Part shown: positions 20,634 through 30,065 of the stretch, in pieces | Numbering within the stretch: position 1 is the first letter of the stretch | Layout of the letters: every line of letters begins with the position of its first letter | Source: an uncultured Candidatus Melainabacteria bacterium | Lineage (GTDB): Bacteria; Cyanobacteriota; Vampirovibrionia; Gastranaerophilales; Gastranaerophilaceae | Length of the DNA: 64,000 nucleotides | Assembly: GCA_934717745.1 (NCBI GenBank) | Contig: CAKUZB010000007.1 | Location: 3,299 to 67,298 of the forward strand | Direction of reading: 5' to 3' | The notes under the pieces: generated by a model | Databases searched by the model: none | The model's input: only the letters and a program-made list of their open reading frames with translations | What the model was told of the DNA's origin: nothing | Translations under genes and position numbers: made by a program

Positions 20634-22569
20634 TAACCCGATTTTGGATAAAAATTTGTCTTTTATTTCAAAATATAATCCAAAATTATCAGAAAAAATT
20701 ATGAAAATTGAGTCGTTAACAAATGATATTTCGTTTGTTAATACAGTTTTAAATGAGCCAAATTTGCAATACAATGGTATATTTTTACATAGCAAATATG
20801 GTGCAGAATCTGAAGCGAAAGAAATTTTTGAAAAAGTTCAAAACACAGAGTTTTCAATGAATGTAATTTTTGGTTTTGGCTTAGGATATTTGTTTCAAGA
20901 ATTCGCAATAAACTCTAAAGGTTTAGTTTTTGTCTTTGAACCGGATATTGAAATTTTAGCAACAACTCTTGAAGTAGTTGATTTTTCAGAAGAATTATCT
21001 AGAAAAAACGTATTCATTTTCAATGATTTTGATGAATTACAAAAGCGATATTTAGAAAGTTATATTTATAATTCTGAAACAACAATAACATTTTTGCCTT
21101 CGTATAAACATCTTTTCAGTAATGAATTAAACATCTTTGCAAAAGAACTTAACCTTACAATGGGTTCTGCAATTATGGATAATAATTACATAAAATATAA
21201 ATTAGTTCCTGCGGTAAAAACAGTTTGTACTAACTTAGAATATTTGCTCAATGAACCGCCACTTGGAACTTTTGAGAATATTTATCAAGGCAAAACAGCA
21301 TTATTAATATCAGCAGGGCCAAGTTTAGATAAAAATATTGAAGTAATAAAAAAATATAGAGATAATGTAATTATTTTTTCTGTAGGACAAGCCTTAAGAA
21401 CGCTCATGACAAATGACATAACCCCTGATTTTGTCGGTTTGGTTGAAACAGGAAATCAAATGTCGCAATTGGACGGACTTGATACATCAAATATTAATTT
21501 AATTCTAGAGCCATTAACTTATACAGGATTACACAATTCTAAATTTAAAAATATTATTTCATATCCGTCAAAAACTTCTACTCCAAACCTTATTTGGACA
21601 TCAATTGCAGATATTGATGCATCAAAATATATTTCCAGTGGTACAGTGTCTTATATGATACTATACTCTGCTTTACTATTAGGTTTTAAAGATTTAATTC
21701 TTGTGGGGCAAGATTTAGCATTCTTAGACGGTAAATGTTATTCGAAAAATTCCCAACATAATGGTTTAATATATGAATATGATGAAAAAATAGGAAAAGC
21801 AACAGTAAAAGTTGAAGATATGAAAGTTTTTGCGGATTCACTTTTAAGTAAAAATCTGAATCTTGAAGAATCCCAAAAAATTTCGTTAGCAAATCAAAGA
21901 ATTGAAAATATAAATAAAAATCTTTGTAATGTTACAGGAATAAAAGGCTCTCAATTAGTAACAACACTTGATTACGCATCTTTTATAAGTCAGTTTGAAG
22001 CATTTGCACAAAAATTTAAAAATAAAGTAAATCTCTATAATACCTCTCTTGAAGGTGCAAAAATAGAGGGTTTTGAGGATATGCCATTAGAAGAACTTTT
22101 GCAAAATAAACCTAAAGTTGAAAGAATTGAAATAAAAAATAATTACAAATATGATTTGCAAAATATAGTGAAAAACATCAAAACAGAAATTAGCACACTT
22201 GAAAGAATTTTAAAAATGTTAGAATCCGCAAGTACATTAATGGCAAATTTTGACAAAGAGTACAACTGTAGACATATTGTAACTGACACTTGCATAAAAT
22301 ATTTTAAACAATTGATGATGTTATATATCGACCTTACAGAAACTTTTGGTATAAAAGATAAAATTTTTATAATGCTTCAAAAACCATACCAACAAGAGTT
22401 GAATTATGTTTTAAAAACCAGCAATAACCACGATTCTATATCAATAAATAAGGTTTATCAATGTCTAAAAGTTTATATGACATCAGTAAAGAAGAATATT
22501 ACAGACGTAAAAGAAATATTAGAAATAAAGGTGAAAAATATAAATGAAATGTCTAATTCAAAGAGTTAA
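20626..22569 (+). CDS. motility-accessory-factor-like protein (DUF115/MptE-like domain)
   Basis: 647 aa. Central segment LLISAGPSLDKNIEVIKKY..IIFSVGQAL resembles the Maf/DUF115 nucleotide-binding core. TTG start behind SD AAGGGGGAAAG. Confidence 0.55.
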   Translation: MNNNPILDKNLSFISKYNPKLSEKIMKIESLTNDISFVNTVLNEPNLQYNGIFLHSKYGAESEAKEIFEKVQNTEFSMNVIFGFGLGYLFQEFAINSKGLVFVFEPDIEILATTLEVVDFSEELSRKNVFIFNDFDELQKRYLESYIYNSETTITFLPSYKHLFSNELNIFAKELNLTMGSAIMDNNYIKYKLVPAVKTVCTNLEYLLNEPPLGTFENIYQGKTALLISAGPSLDKNIEVIKKYRDNVIIFSVGQALRTLMTNDITPDFVGLVETGNQMSQLDGLDTSNINLILEPLTYTGLHNSKFKNIISYPSKTSTPNLIWTSIADIDASKYISSGTVSYMILYSALLLGFKDLILVGQDLAFLDGKCYSKNSQHNGLIYEYDEKIGKATVKVEDMKVFADSLLSKNLNLEESQKISLANQRIENINKNLCNVTGIKGSQLVTTLDYASFISQFEAFAQKFKNKVNLYNTSLEGAKIEGFEDMPLEELLQNKPKVERIEIKNNYKYDLQNIVKNIKTEISTLERILKMLESASTLMANFDKEYNCRHIVTDTCIKYFKQLMMLYIDLTETFGIKDKIFIMLQKPYQQELNYVLKTSNNHDSISINKVYQCLKVYMTSVKKNITDVKEILEIKVKNINEMSNSKS

Positions 22570-22981
22570 AAAAGCCTCAGTAAGAATTGGCGGCGAACTT
22601 TATTCAAAAATAGATACCGGTATTTTAGCACTGCTTGGTGTAGAAAAAGGGGATTCTATTACAAATGCTGAAAAATTGGCTGATAAAGTTCTAAAATTAC
22701 GAATTTTTGAGGACGAAAACGGCAAAATGAATAAATCTTTGCTTGATATACAAGGCGAAATGCTTGTTGTATCACAATTTACGTTATGTGGAGATTGCAA
22801 AAAAGGTACTCGGCCAAGTTTTGACAAATCAGAAAAGCCAGAACTTGCCAATAAGTTATATGAAGATTTTGTAACTATTGTCAAAACCGCTGGAATTAAG
22901 ACTGGGACTGGAAAATTTGGGGCAATGATGGACGTGGAACTCATAAATGACGGTCCTGTAACATTTATGGTGGAAAAATAA
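22544..22981 (+). CDS. dtd: D-aminoacyl-tRNA deacylase
   Basis: MKCLIQRV.. N-terminus, SQFTLCGDCKKGTRPSF motif, 145 aa. Confidence 0.93.
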   Translation: MKCLIQRVKKASVRIGGELYSKIDTGILALLGVEKGDSITNAEKLADKVLKLRIFEDENGKMNKSLLDIQGEMLVVSQFTLCGDCKKGTRPSFDKSEKPELANKLYEDFVTIVKTAGIKTGTGKFGAMMDVELINDGPVTFMVEK

Positions 22982-22990
22982 TTTTTTTTT

Positions 22991-22999
22991 TGTTATAAT
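22991..22999 (+). promoter_or_regulatory. extended -10 promoter element TGTTATAAT
   Basis: Exact TGnTATAAT after a T-run. It implies a ~135-nt leader ahead of the 23141 gene. Confidence 0.45.
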
Positions 23000-23140
23000 G
23001 GGATATGTAAAACGCATATAAACACATATAGATAAACTAGATTTAGAAGGAAAAATTAGTCCGTTATTTGATTTGATGGGATTATTGGTTTAAAAATAAA
23101 AAGATATTAGAAAAGAAAATTATAACAAGAGGCATGCCGT

Positions 23141-24499
23141 ATGTACGTAAATAAATGTATTAAGTGTGGAACAGAATTTGAAACAAAAAACCCTAAAAGA
23201 GTTATTTGTCCTAATTGTTTATACCCTGACAAAAATATGATGCCATCAGGCGGTGGCAATTCTGATGAAAACGAACATCAACACCAACAACAAGAAGAAT
23301 TTAACAATAACGAAGAAAATCAAGATAAACAAGAAATTCAAAATAGTTACAATTCTGATGATTATTCTAATGGTGGTGGCTCTTATTCAGCAGGTGGATA
23401 CTCTGCTGGTGGCTATTCAGCCGGAGGATACTCTGCCGGCGGATATTCAGCAGGTGGGGGCTACGATAGACCAAAACGTAATTATAATCAAGGCGGTTAT
23501 CAGCAACGTGGCAGTTACGGACAAGATAGACAAGGTGGTTACCAATCACGAGGCGGCTACAGTCAAGACCGTCAAGGCGGATACCAACAACGTAGCAGTT
23601 ATGGACAAGATAGACAAGGTGGTTACCAATCACGAGGTGGCTATAGTCAAGACCGTCAAGGCGGATACCAACAACGTAGCAGTTATGGACAAGATAGACA
23701 AGGTGGTTATCAATCAAGAGGCGGTTATAGTCAAGACCGTCAAGGCGGATACCAACAACGTAGCAGTTACGGACAAGGTAACTATCAACAAAGACGTCCT
23801 CAAAGTGGCGGATTTAATCGTGGTAGCGGTAGACCTCAAAGCGGAGGTTTCAATCGTGGTGGCAGACCTCAACGTCCACAAAGACCTCAACAACAAAAAC
23901 AATTGCTTGTTAGCAAAGAGCAATTAGAACAAATTGAAATGTTATATAAATCGATGCTTCCTTTGCCAAATCCTGATGCACATGAAGTTATCGGTGAAAA
24001 AATCGGTTTAGAACCAAGAAAAGTATTCTTTGGTATTAACTTAATTCGCCAAAAAATGATGCTTCCGAAGTTACCATTTCCTAAACGTAAATTGGCAATT
24101 TCGCCGGATCAATTAATGGCAATCAGAAGTTTATATGAACCATTATTACCACTTCCTCCAATTGGTTGTCATAAAATCATCGCAGTACAATTAAAAATGG
24201 ATGAATGGCGTGTTCACGTAGGTATCGGCTTAATCAGAAGTCAAATGGGGCTTGAACGTTGGAATCAAGACAGAGAAGATGCTCCTGAAGAATTTAAGAA
24301 AAAAGCCGAAGAAGAATCTAAAGAAACAAAGGTTAAAAAAACAACAAAAGCAAAAAAATCTACTAAAGCAGAAGTAGAAGTAGAAGAAACTCCTGCAAAA
24401 ACCGAAGCAGAAGTGGAAGCAGAACCAGAAGCGGAAGCCGTTGAAGAAAAGCCTAAAAAAAGAGGTCGCAAACCTAAAAAGACTGATGAAGAAGAATAA
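23141..24499 (+). CDS. zinc-ribbon protein with GGYS and RGG-like repeats, duplicated HTH-like module and K/E-rich tail (hypothetical)
   Basis: CIKCG..CPNC ribbon. 5x GGYSA. 3x 28-aa unit [28 protein letters not shown]. Two related ~50-aa modules (LYKSMLPLP.., [10 protein letters not shown]..). SD AGAGG 8 nt upstream. Confidence 0.75.
   Translation: MYVNKCIKCGTEFETKNPKRVICPNCLYPDKNMMPSGGGNSDENEHQHQQQEEFNNNEENQDKQEIQNSYNSDDYSNGGGSYSAGGYSAGGYSAGGYSAGGYSAGGGYDRPKRNYNQGGYQQRGSYGQDRQGGYQSRGGYSQDRQGGYQQRSSYGQDRQGGYQSRGGYSQDRQGGYQQRSSYGQDRQGGYQSRGGYSQDRQGGYQQRSSYGQGNYQQRRPQSGGFNRGSGRPQSGGFNRGGRPQRPQRPQQQKQLLVSKEQLEQIEMLYKSMLPLPNPDAHEVIGEKIGLEPRKVFFGINLIRQKMMLPKLPFPKRKLAISPDQLMAIRSLYEPLLPLPPIGCHKIIAVQLKMDEWRVHVGIGLIRSQMGLERWNQDREDAPEEFKKKAEEESKETKVKKTTKAKKSTKAEVEVEETPAKTEAEVEAEPEAEAVEEKPKKRGRKPKKTDEEE
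23522..23773 (+). repeat. three tandem 84-bp coding repeats (28-aa RGG-like / Q,Y,G-rich unit)
   Basis: Units start at 23522, 23606 and 23690 with only a few synonymous or near-synonymous differences. Preceded by 15-bp GGYSA repeats at about 23384-23460. Confidence 0.9.
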
Positions 24500-25007
24500 A
24501 GACGAATATATTTCTATCGGTAAAATTTTAAACTTTCATGGAATTCAAGGTGAGGCTAAAGTTGGTTATTCAAAAAATCAAGCAGAGTTTTTGAAAACCT
24601 TAAAGTCTGCCTTTATTGAACATGAAAATGAATTTAAACCTTTCAATATAAAATACGTAAAGTTTAATAATAAATTTGCGATAATAAAATTTGAGGGAAT
24701 AAACTCGATTAACGATATTTTAGTTTACAAAAACTGTTTAATATACGTACCTCAAGACGAATTTGAAGAAGCCTTAGAAGAAGGTGAATATTTAGTTGAT
24801 GATTTAGTTGGTTTAGATGTTTACTCTAACGATAAAAAGGTCGGAGTTGTTGTCGGTGTATCTTCGAATGGTGCAAATAATTTGCTTTCTGTTAGAGGTT
24901 TATCAAAAAAAATCTCACTTGTTCCTTTTGTCGACGCAATTGTTCCTGAAGTCGATTTGGAAAACAAAAAAGTTTATATCAATGAAATTCAAGGATTAAT
25001 TGAATAA
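24486..25007 (+). CDS. rimM: 16S rRNA processing protein RimM
   Basis: [19 protein letters not shown]-barrel family start. Start placed at ATG 24486, which overlaps the upstream gene end. Followed by trmD. Confidence 0.88.
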   Translation: MKKNKDEYISIGKILNFHGIQGEAKVGYSKNQAEFLKTLKSAFIEHENEFKPFNIKYVKFNNKFAIIKFEGINSINDILVYKNCLIYVPQDEFEEALEEGEYLVDDLVGLDVYSNDKKVGVVVGVSSNGANNLLSVRGLSKKISLVPFVDAIVPEVDLENKKVYINEIQGLIE

Positions 25008-25681
25008 TGAAATTTGATGTTTTAACATTATTTCCTGAAATGATAGAGTCTTATTGTAATTGTAGTATTTTGAAACGTGCAAAAGAATCTGAAATAATTT
25101 CAGTAAATACTGTAAATCCAAGAGATTTTACTTTGGATAAGCATAAAAAAGTTGACGATACCCCTTATGGTGGCGGTGCCGGAATGGTTTTGATGGCACA
25201 ACCTTATGTCGATGCGTACGAAAGTATTATGCAAACAGAGAATTGCTGTACTTTAATGATGACACCTCAAGGTGAACCTTTTAATAACAATGTAGCGAAG
25301 GAATTAGCGACTTTTAACCAAATAATTATTTTATGTGGACATTATGAGGGTTATGACGAAAGAATCAGAGAAATTATCAAGCCGAGAGAAATCTCACTGG
25401 GAGATTTTGTTTTGACAGGCGGAGAATTACCCGCTTTATGTTTAATTGACTGCATTAGTAGAAAAATTGAAGGGGTTTTGGGCAAAATAGAATCTGCCGA
25501 TGACGATAGTTTTGAAAACGGATTGTTGGAGTATCCTCAATATACAAAGCCTAGAGAATACAGGGGGTTATCCGTTCCTGAAGTATTATTAAACGGTAAT
25601 CATAAAGAAATAAACGAATTTCGACAAATACAAATGCTGGAACGAACAAAACAAAGGCGTCCTGACCTGTTAAAAGATTAA
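25007..25681 (+). CDS. trmD: tRNA (guanine37-N1)-methyltransferase
   Basis: [12 protein letters not shown] start, GHYEGYDERI, 224 aa, canonical rimM-trmD synteny. Confidence 0.95.
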   Translation: MKFDVLTLFPEMIESYCNCSILKRAKESEIISVNTVNPRDFTLDKHKKVDDTPYGGGAGMVLMAQPYVDAYESIMQTENCCTLMMTPQGEPFNNNVAKELATFNQIIILCGHYEGYDERIREIIKPREISLGDFVLTGGELPALCLIDCISRKIEGVLGKIESADDDSFENGLLEYPQYTKPREYRGLSVPEVLLNGNHKEINEFRQIQMLERTKQRRPDLLKD

Positions 25682-26802
25682 TTAAAATTATTATATTTTG
25701 GATTTACTGCAACCCATTCAAACGGTTGATTATCAGGTGATGTAGGCATTGATTTTACAAAAGTTCCGCCATAACGACCTCTTGTAAAATAAACCAATCC
25801 CTCTTTTTCAAGATTATTAAATGCCTTTCTTATTGTATTCGGACTAACGTCCATAAGAGTTGACATCTCCATTATTGACGGTAATTTAGAGTTTATTGAA
25901 TATTTTTCAATAATCAAATTTTTTATTGCATCTTGAATTCTGTTATAGCGATAACCCGCAGTAAATTGAGATTTTGCAAAAACAGAGGATTCAATATTAG
26001 GTTCAAAATCAGAGGAATTTGGAAGTTTAACAACACAAGTTCCATATCTGCCACGCTTTGGTAAAAGAATTCCTTCTTGAGTTAAAATATTCAACGCATC
26101 ATGAATTGTTTTTATGCTAACTTTCATCTTTTCCGCAAGTTTTTGGTGCGTTGGTAATTTTTCGCCAATCTTAAATTCGTTAGAGATATACGTTTTTAAA
26201 TCATTTGCGACTTTTGTAATTAACGTAACAGAATTATCCTGCTTAATCTTGAAATCATCAGTTTTTAAAACCCAACTTTGATCCTTATTTGAAGTTTTTT
26301 CAACTATTTCAAGTTCAACAAGGGCTTCCATTGCACTCCCTGTCGTGTTAATTGGAATATTAATATATTGCGAGATTGCTCGAACAGACGGTAACTGTTC
26401 ACCTTTTTTAAAATTATTTTTTAGGATAAATGTTTTTATCAACTCAATAGCAAAATCACGTTTTGAAGAAGATTTTCTTAATGTCGAATTTTTATTTTTA
26501 ATGTCCGCAATCATAGTACCAATGCACTGTTTAGAGTATACAAGACCTTTATTTTCTAACTGTCTGTAAATATTTTGAACAGTACCTGTACTAATATCCA
26601 ACAAGTCTGCCATTAAAGATTTTGGGGGCATTAAGTCATTTTGATGAATAGTTTTTTCGTAATTTTCTTCAATCCAGTTTTCAATACTTTTAACCAAATA
26701 TTCGGTTTTTGAGCCGGAAATATTGACGTTAATAAAGTCTGCAAACTCACTAATAGGAATTTGTCTTAATTTTGACTTGTCGGGTTGAACGAAATTCTTC
26801 AT
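25678..26802 (-). CDS. protein with four tandem GntR-type winged-HTH domains
   Basis: Four repeats of the GntR pattern (..LP(S/T)...(L/M)(A/S)....(V/I)S..T(V/I)......L...G(L/I)(V/L)......G..V) at about aa 40-100, 115-180, 195-260 and 285-350. No recognisable effector domain. Confidence 0.7.
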   Translation of the reverse strand: MKNFVQPDKSKLRQIPISEFADFINVNISGSKTEYLVKSIENWIEENYEKTIHQNDLMPPKSLMADLLDISTGTVQNIYRQLENKGLVYSKQCIGTMIADIKNKNSTLRKSSSKRDFAIELIKTFILKNNFKKGEQLPSVRAISQYINIPINTTGSAMEALVELEIVEKTSNKDQSWVLKTDDFKIKQDNSVTLITKVANDLKTYISNEFKIGEKLPTHQKLAEKMKVSIKTIHDALNILTQEGILLPKRGRYGTCVVKLPNSSDFEPNIESSVFAKSQFTAGYRYNRIQDAIKNLIIEKYSINSKLPSIMEMSTLMDVSPNTIRKAFNNLEKEGLVYFTRGRYGGTFVKSMPTSPDNQPFEWVAVNPKYNNFN

Positions 26803-26984
26803 TGCATTATTCTAACATATTTATAAAAAAACAATCAATATTTTAATTAAAACTTAATATTAAACGAAAAACTTAATAAAATTTGATTTTCATAAGTGTT
26901 TGTTTTACGATTTTAGTAACAAAGTGATGCCGGGTTGGAATTAAAAACCTTACCGGCGAGTACATATAAATTAAGGAGAATGCA

Positions 26985-28256
26985 ATGGCATCAAAAAATT
27001 TTTTATTCACTTCTGAATCAGTAACAGAAGGACACCCAGACAAGGTTTGCGACCAAATTTCAGACGCAATCTTAGATGAATTTTTAACGAAAGACAGTAA
27101 ATCTCGTGTAGCCGCAGAAACTACCGTAACAACAGGTATGGCTCTTGTTTGCGGTGAAATTACTTCTGATTGCTACGTAGATATTCCTCAAGTAGTTAGA
27201 AACACAATTAAAAATATCGGTTATGAAGGTGAAAACGGTGGCGGATTTGATTACAAAACTTGTGCCGTACTTACAAGTATTGACGAACAGTCAACTGATA
27301 TCGCAGGCGGTGTAAACAAAGCCTTAGAATCAAGAGATGATAATGCTGATGTTTCATCACAAGAAACTGAAGAAATTGGTGCAGGCGACCAAGGTATTAT
27401 GTTTGGATATGCTTGCAACGAAACACCTGAATTAATGCCTTTACCAATTAGTTTGGCTCACAGACTATCATACAGATTATCAAGAGTTAGAAAAAAAGGT
27501 TTAGTTGATTATTTAAGACCTGACGGAAAATCTCAAGTAACAGTTGAATATGTTGATGGAAAACCATCAAGAATTCACACAATCTTAATATCAACTCAAC
27601 ATGACCCTGTAATTGGTACAGAAAGTGATAATCAAAAAGTTCAAGCAATTATTCAAAAAGATATTAGAGAACTTGTAATTGATTATGTGTTTAAAAATGA
27701 AAAAATTAAACCTGATGAAAACACAATTATCCTTGTAAATCCATCAGGACGTTTCGTAATTGGTGGCCCTCAAGGTGATGCAGGTTTAACAGGCAGAAAA
27801 ATCATCGTTGATACATACGGCGGATACTCAAGACATGGTGGCGGTGCATTCTCAGGAAAAGACCCAACAAAGGTAGACCGTTCTGCTGCTTATGCTGCAA
27901 GATACGTTGCTAAAAATATCGTAAAAGCAGGTCTTGCAGAAAAATGTGAAATTGAATTAGCATACGCAATTGGTGTTGCTGAACCAATTTCTGTTTTAGT
28001 TGATACATTCGGAACCGGCAAACTTTCTGATGAAGATTTGTCAGAAATTGTTAACAAATCATTTGATTTAAGACCGGTTGGTATTATCAACAAATTTGAT
28101 TTAAGAAATTTACCGGCAAAAAATGGTGGTAAATTCTATCAAAAACTTGCTGCTTACGGACACATGGGCAGAACTGATTTAGAAGTTCCATGGGAAGAAA
28201 CAGACAAAGTTGAAGAATTACAAACTATGGCTCAATCATATTCTGCTTTAGTTTAA
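26985..28256 (+). CDS. metK: S-adenosylmethionine synthetase
   Basis: [41 protein letters not shown]. About 20-aa acidic insertion after residue ~105. Confidence 0.96.
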   Translation: MASKNFLFTSESVTEGHPDKVCDQISDAILDEFLTKDSKSRVAAETTVTTGMALVCGEITSDCYVDIPQVVRNTIKNIGYEGENGGGFDYKTCAVLTSIDEQSTDIAGGVNKALESRDDNADVSSQETEEIGAGDQGIMFGYACNETPELMPLPISLAHRLSYRLSRVRKKGLVDYLRPDGKSQVTVEYVDGKPSRIHTILISTQHDPVIGTESDNQKVQAIIQKDIRELVIDYVFKNEKIKPDENTIILVNPSGRFVIGGPQGDAGLTGRKIIVDTYGGYSRHGGGAFSGKDPTKVDRSAAYAARYVAKNIVKAGLAEKCEIELAYAIGVAEPISVLVDTFGTGKLSDEDLSEIVNKSFDLRPVGIINKFDLRNLPAKNGGKFYQKLAAYGHMGRTDLEVPWEETDKVEELQTMAQSYSALV

Positions 28257-28266
28257 TTGAATAAAT

Positions 28267-29238
28267 TTGAGGGGTATTTTTATGCCCCTCATTTATTTTA
28301 TGGGGGATATTTTGAATTTTACAAAAAGAGTTTTATTTATAGGAATACCTGATATGGCTTACGTTTGCCTTGATGGTTTACTTCAAGCAGGTGTAAATAT
28401 TGTTGGTGTTTTAGGTCCTAAAAAATCTCATAGCACATATGCTAATTTCAGGCAGTTTGCTTTATCAAGAAAAATGAATTTTATCGAGTGGGATAGCCTT
28501 AGAGATGAGAAATTTCTTGAAACTATAAGGGCGTTGAACTTAGATGTTGCTGTTGTTGCGTCATTTAATTACAAAATTCCAAAAGAGGTTATAGATATTC
28601 CAAAATACGGAATTATCAATATTCACCCGTCATTATTACCAAAATACAGAGGTGGAAACCCTTATTCTACCGTAATTATTAACGGAGAAAAGGAAACAGG
28701 TGTAACACTTCATTTTATGGACGAGGGATTTGACACCGGTGATATAATTACTCAAAGAAAAGTTGAAATCTCGCCAATCGAAACAATGGGAACTCTTTTC
28801 AACAGATTGAATTTGTTAGGAATGCAAATGTTAGTTGGAGTTTTGAACGATTTGGAAAAAGGTGATTTACCAAGATATACTCAACCAAAAGGAGATTTTA
28901 TTACAGGTCAAAGTCTTAAAGACGAAGATTTATTTATCGATTATACTAAATCAGCCGTTGAGGTTGATAGATTTATCAGGGGATTGAATCCATTTTTAAT
29001 CGCATCGACAACATTCAGAGGCAATATGATTAAAATATTTATGTCGAATGTTTTTGAAGGAGATTCTTCGAAGTTTTCGCCTGGTTCAATAGCAAAAGTT
29101 GAAAACGACAAATTTTATATTGCAACAGGTGATGGTTTTATATGTCCTACAGCGATACAATTCGGAAGTTTCTTTGTTGGAAATACTCAAGATTTTATCA
29201 AAATTTTAGCCCCAAAAACAGGTGAGGTTTTTAAATAA
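28267..29238 (+). CDS. formyltransferase family protein (Fmt-like N- and C-terminal domains)
   Basis: HPSLLPKYRGGNP and GVTLHFMDEGFDTGDII motifs plus an Fmt-type C-terminal domain. The Fmt TQPD..GRG segment is not recognisable, so the substrate is uncertain. Exact start is uncertain. Confidence 0.6.
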   Translation: MRGIFMPLIYFMGDILNFTKRVLFIGIPDMAYVCLDGLLQAGVNIVGVLGPKKSHSTYANFRQFALSRKMNFIEWDSLRDEKFLETIRALNLDVAVVASFNYKIPKEVIDIPKYGIINIHPSLLPKYRGGNPYSTVIINGEKETGVTLHFMDEGFDTGDIITQRKVEISPIETMGTLFNRLNLLGMQMLVGVLNDLEKGDLPRYTQPKGDFITGQSLKDEDLFIDYTKSAVEVDRFIRGLNPFLIASTTFRGNMIKIFMSNVFEGDSSKFSPGSIAKVENDKFYIATGDGFICPTAIQFGSFFVGNTQDFIKILAPKTGEVFK

Positions 29239-30065
29239 TGGAAGAATTAAAATTTTTAACAGCAGGAATGCCAATTAGAACAGATAAGAAAAAAGGGTAC
29301 GAAGATGCCTTTAGGATTCTGGATGAAATGAATTTGGACGGAATTGAAGTTGAATTTGTTCAAGGTGTTCGAATGAGCGAAAAATCAAAAGAACTTGTAA
29401 AAAATGCCTCAAAAGAAAGATTGTTTACGGCTCATGGCCCATTTTTTATTAACTTGAACGCAAGAGAGCCTGAAAAAATTGAAGCAAGCATTCAAAGAAT
29501 TATTGACACCGCAACTGTTGCAAATGAATTTGGTGGCTATAGTATCACTTATCACGCAGCATTTTATTTAAATAATGATAAAGAAATCGTCTACAAGCGT
29601 GTTGTTGAACAAACTTCAAAAATTATTGAAATTTTAGAAAAAAATAATAACAAAATCTGGGTTAGACCTGAAACAACCGGAAAAGGAACTCAATGGGGTG
29701 ATGTAGATGAAATTGTAAGACTATCAAAAGAATTTGAGCAGGTTTTACCTTGCATTGATTTTTCTCATATACATGCAAGAAGTGGCGGAGGCTTTAATAC
29801 ATACGAAGATTTTTGTAACATATTAGAAAAAATTGGAACAGAATTGGGCGATATTGCACTAAACAATTTTCACGCACATTTGGCAGGAATCGCTTATACG
29901 GCAAAAGGGGAGCGAAATCACTTGCCACTAGAGGACTCTGATATGAATTACAAAGATTTACTAAAAGCATTGAAAAAATTTAACGTAAAAGGGGCTTTAG
30001 TATGTGAAAGTCCAAACATTGAAGATGATTGCAAATTAATAAAGGAGTACTATACAACATTATGA
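29238..30065 (+). CDS. endonuclease IV-like TIM-barrel protein (AP endonuclease family 2 / xylose isomerase-like)
   Basis: HGPFFINL, RPETTGKGTQWG, IDFSHIHA and FHAHL segments match the Nfo-like metal-ligand layout. Confidence 0.6.
   Translation: MEELKFLTAGMPIRTDKKKGYEDAFRILDEMNLDGIEVEFVQGVRMSEKSKELVKNASKERLFTAHGPFFINLNAREPEKIEASIQRIIDTATVANEFGGYSITYHAAFYLNNDKEIVYKRVVEQTSKIIEILEKNNNKIWVRPETTGKGTQWGDVDEIVRLSKEFEQVLPCIDFSHIHARSGGGFNTYEDFCNILEKIGTELGDIALNNFHAHLAGIAYTAKGERNHLPLEDSDMNYKDLLKALKKFNVKGALVCESPNIEDDCKLIKEYYTTL

Noticed and set aside
23253-23927. A 224-aa alternative-frame ORF, plus antisense ORFs at 23367-23717 and 23714-23923, inside the repeat region of the 23141 gene.
   Set aside because: These are artefacts of the tandem 84-bp and 15-bp repeats keeping several frames open. 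They have no SD and are fully nested in a longer ORF that has a zinc ribbon, an SD and a coherent domain structure.
26803-26984. A classical SAM-I (S-box) riboswitch upstream of metK.
   Set aside because: The leader is too short and AT-rich. It lacks the four-helix junction and the conserved S-box segments. Only a small hairpin is present, and it is reported separately at low interest.
28267-29238. Calling this gene fmt (methionyl-tRNA formyltransferase).
   Set aside because: The catalytic HxSLLPxxRG core and the C-terminal domain are present. However, the N-terminal Fmt segment is divergent and there is no def neighbour. It is kept as a family-level call.
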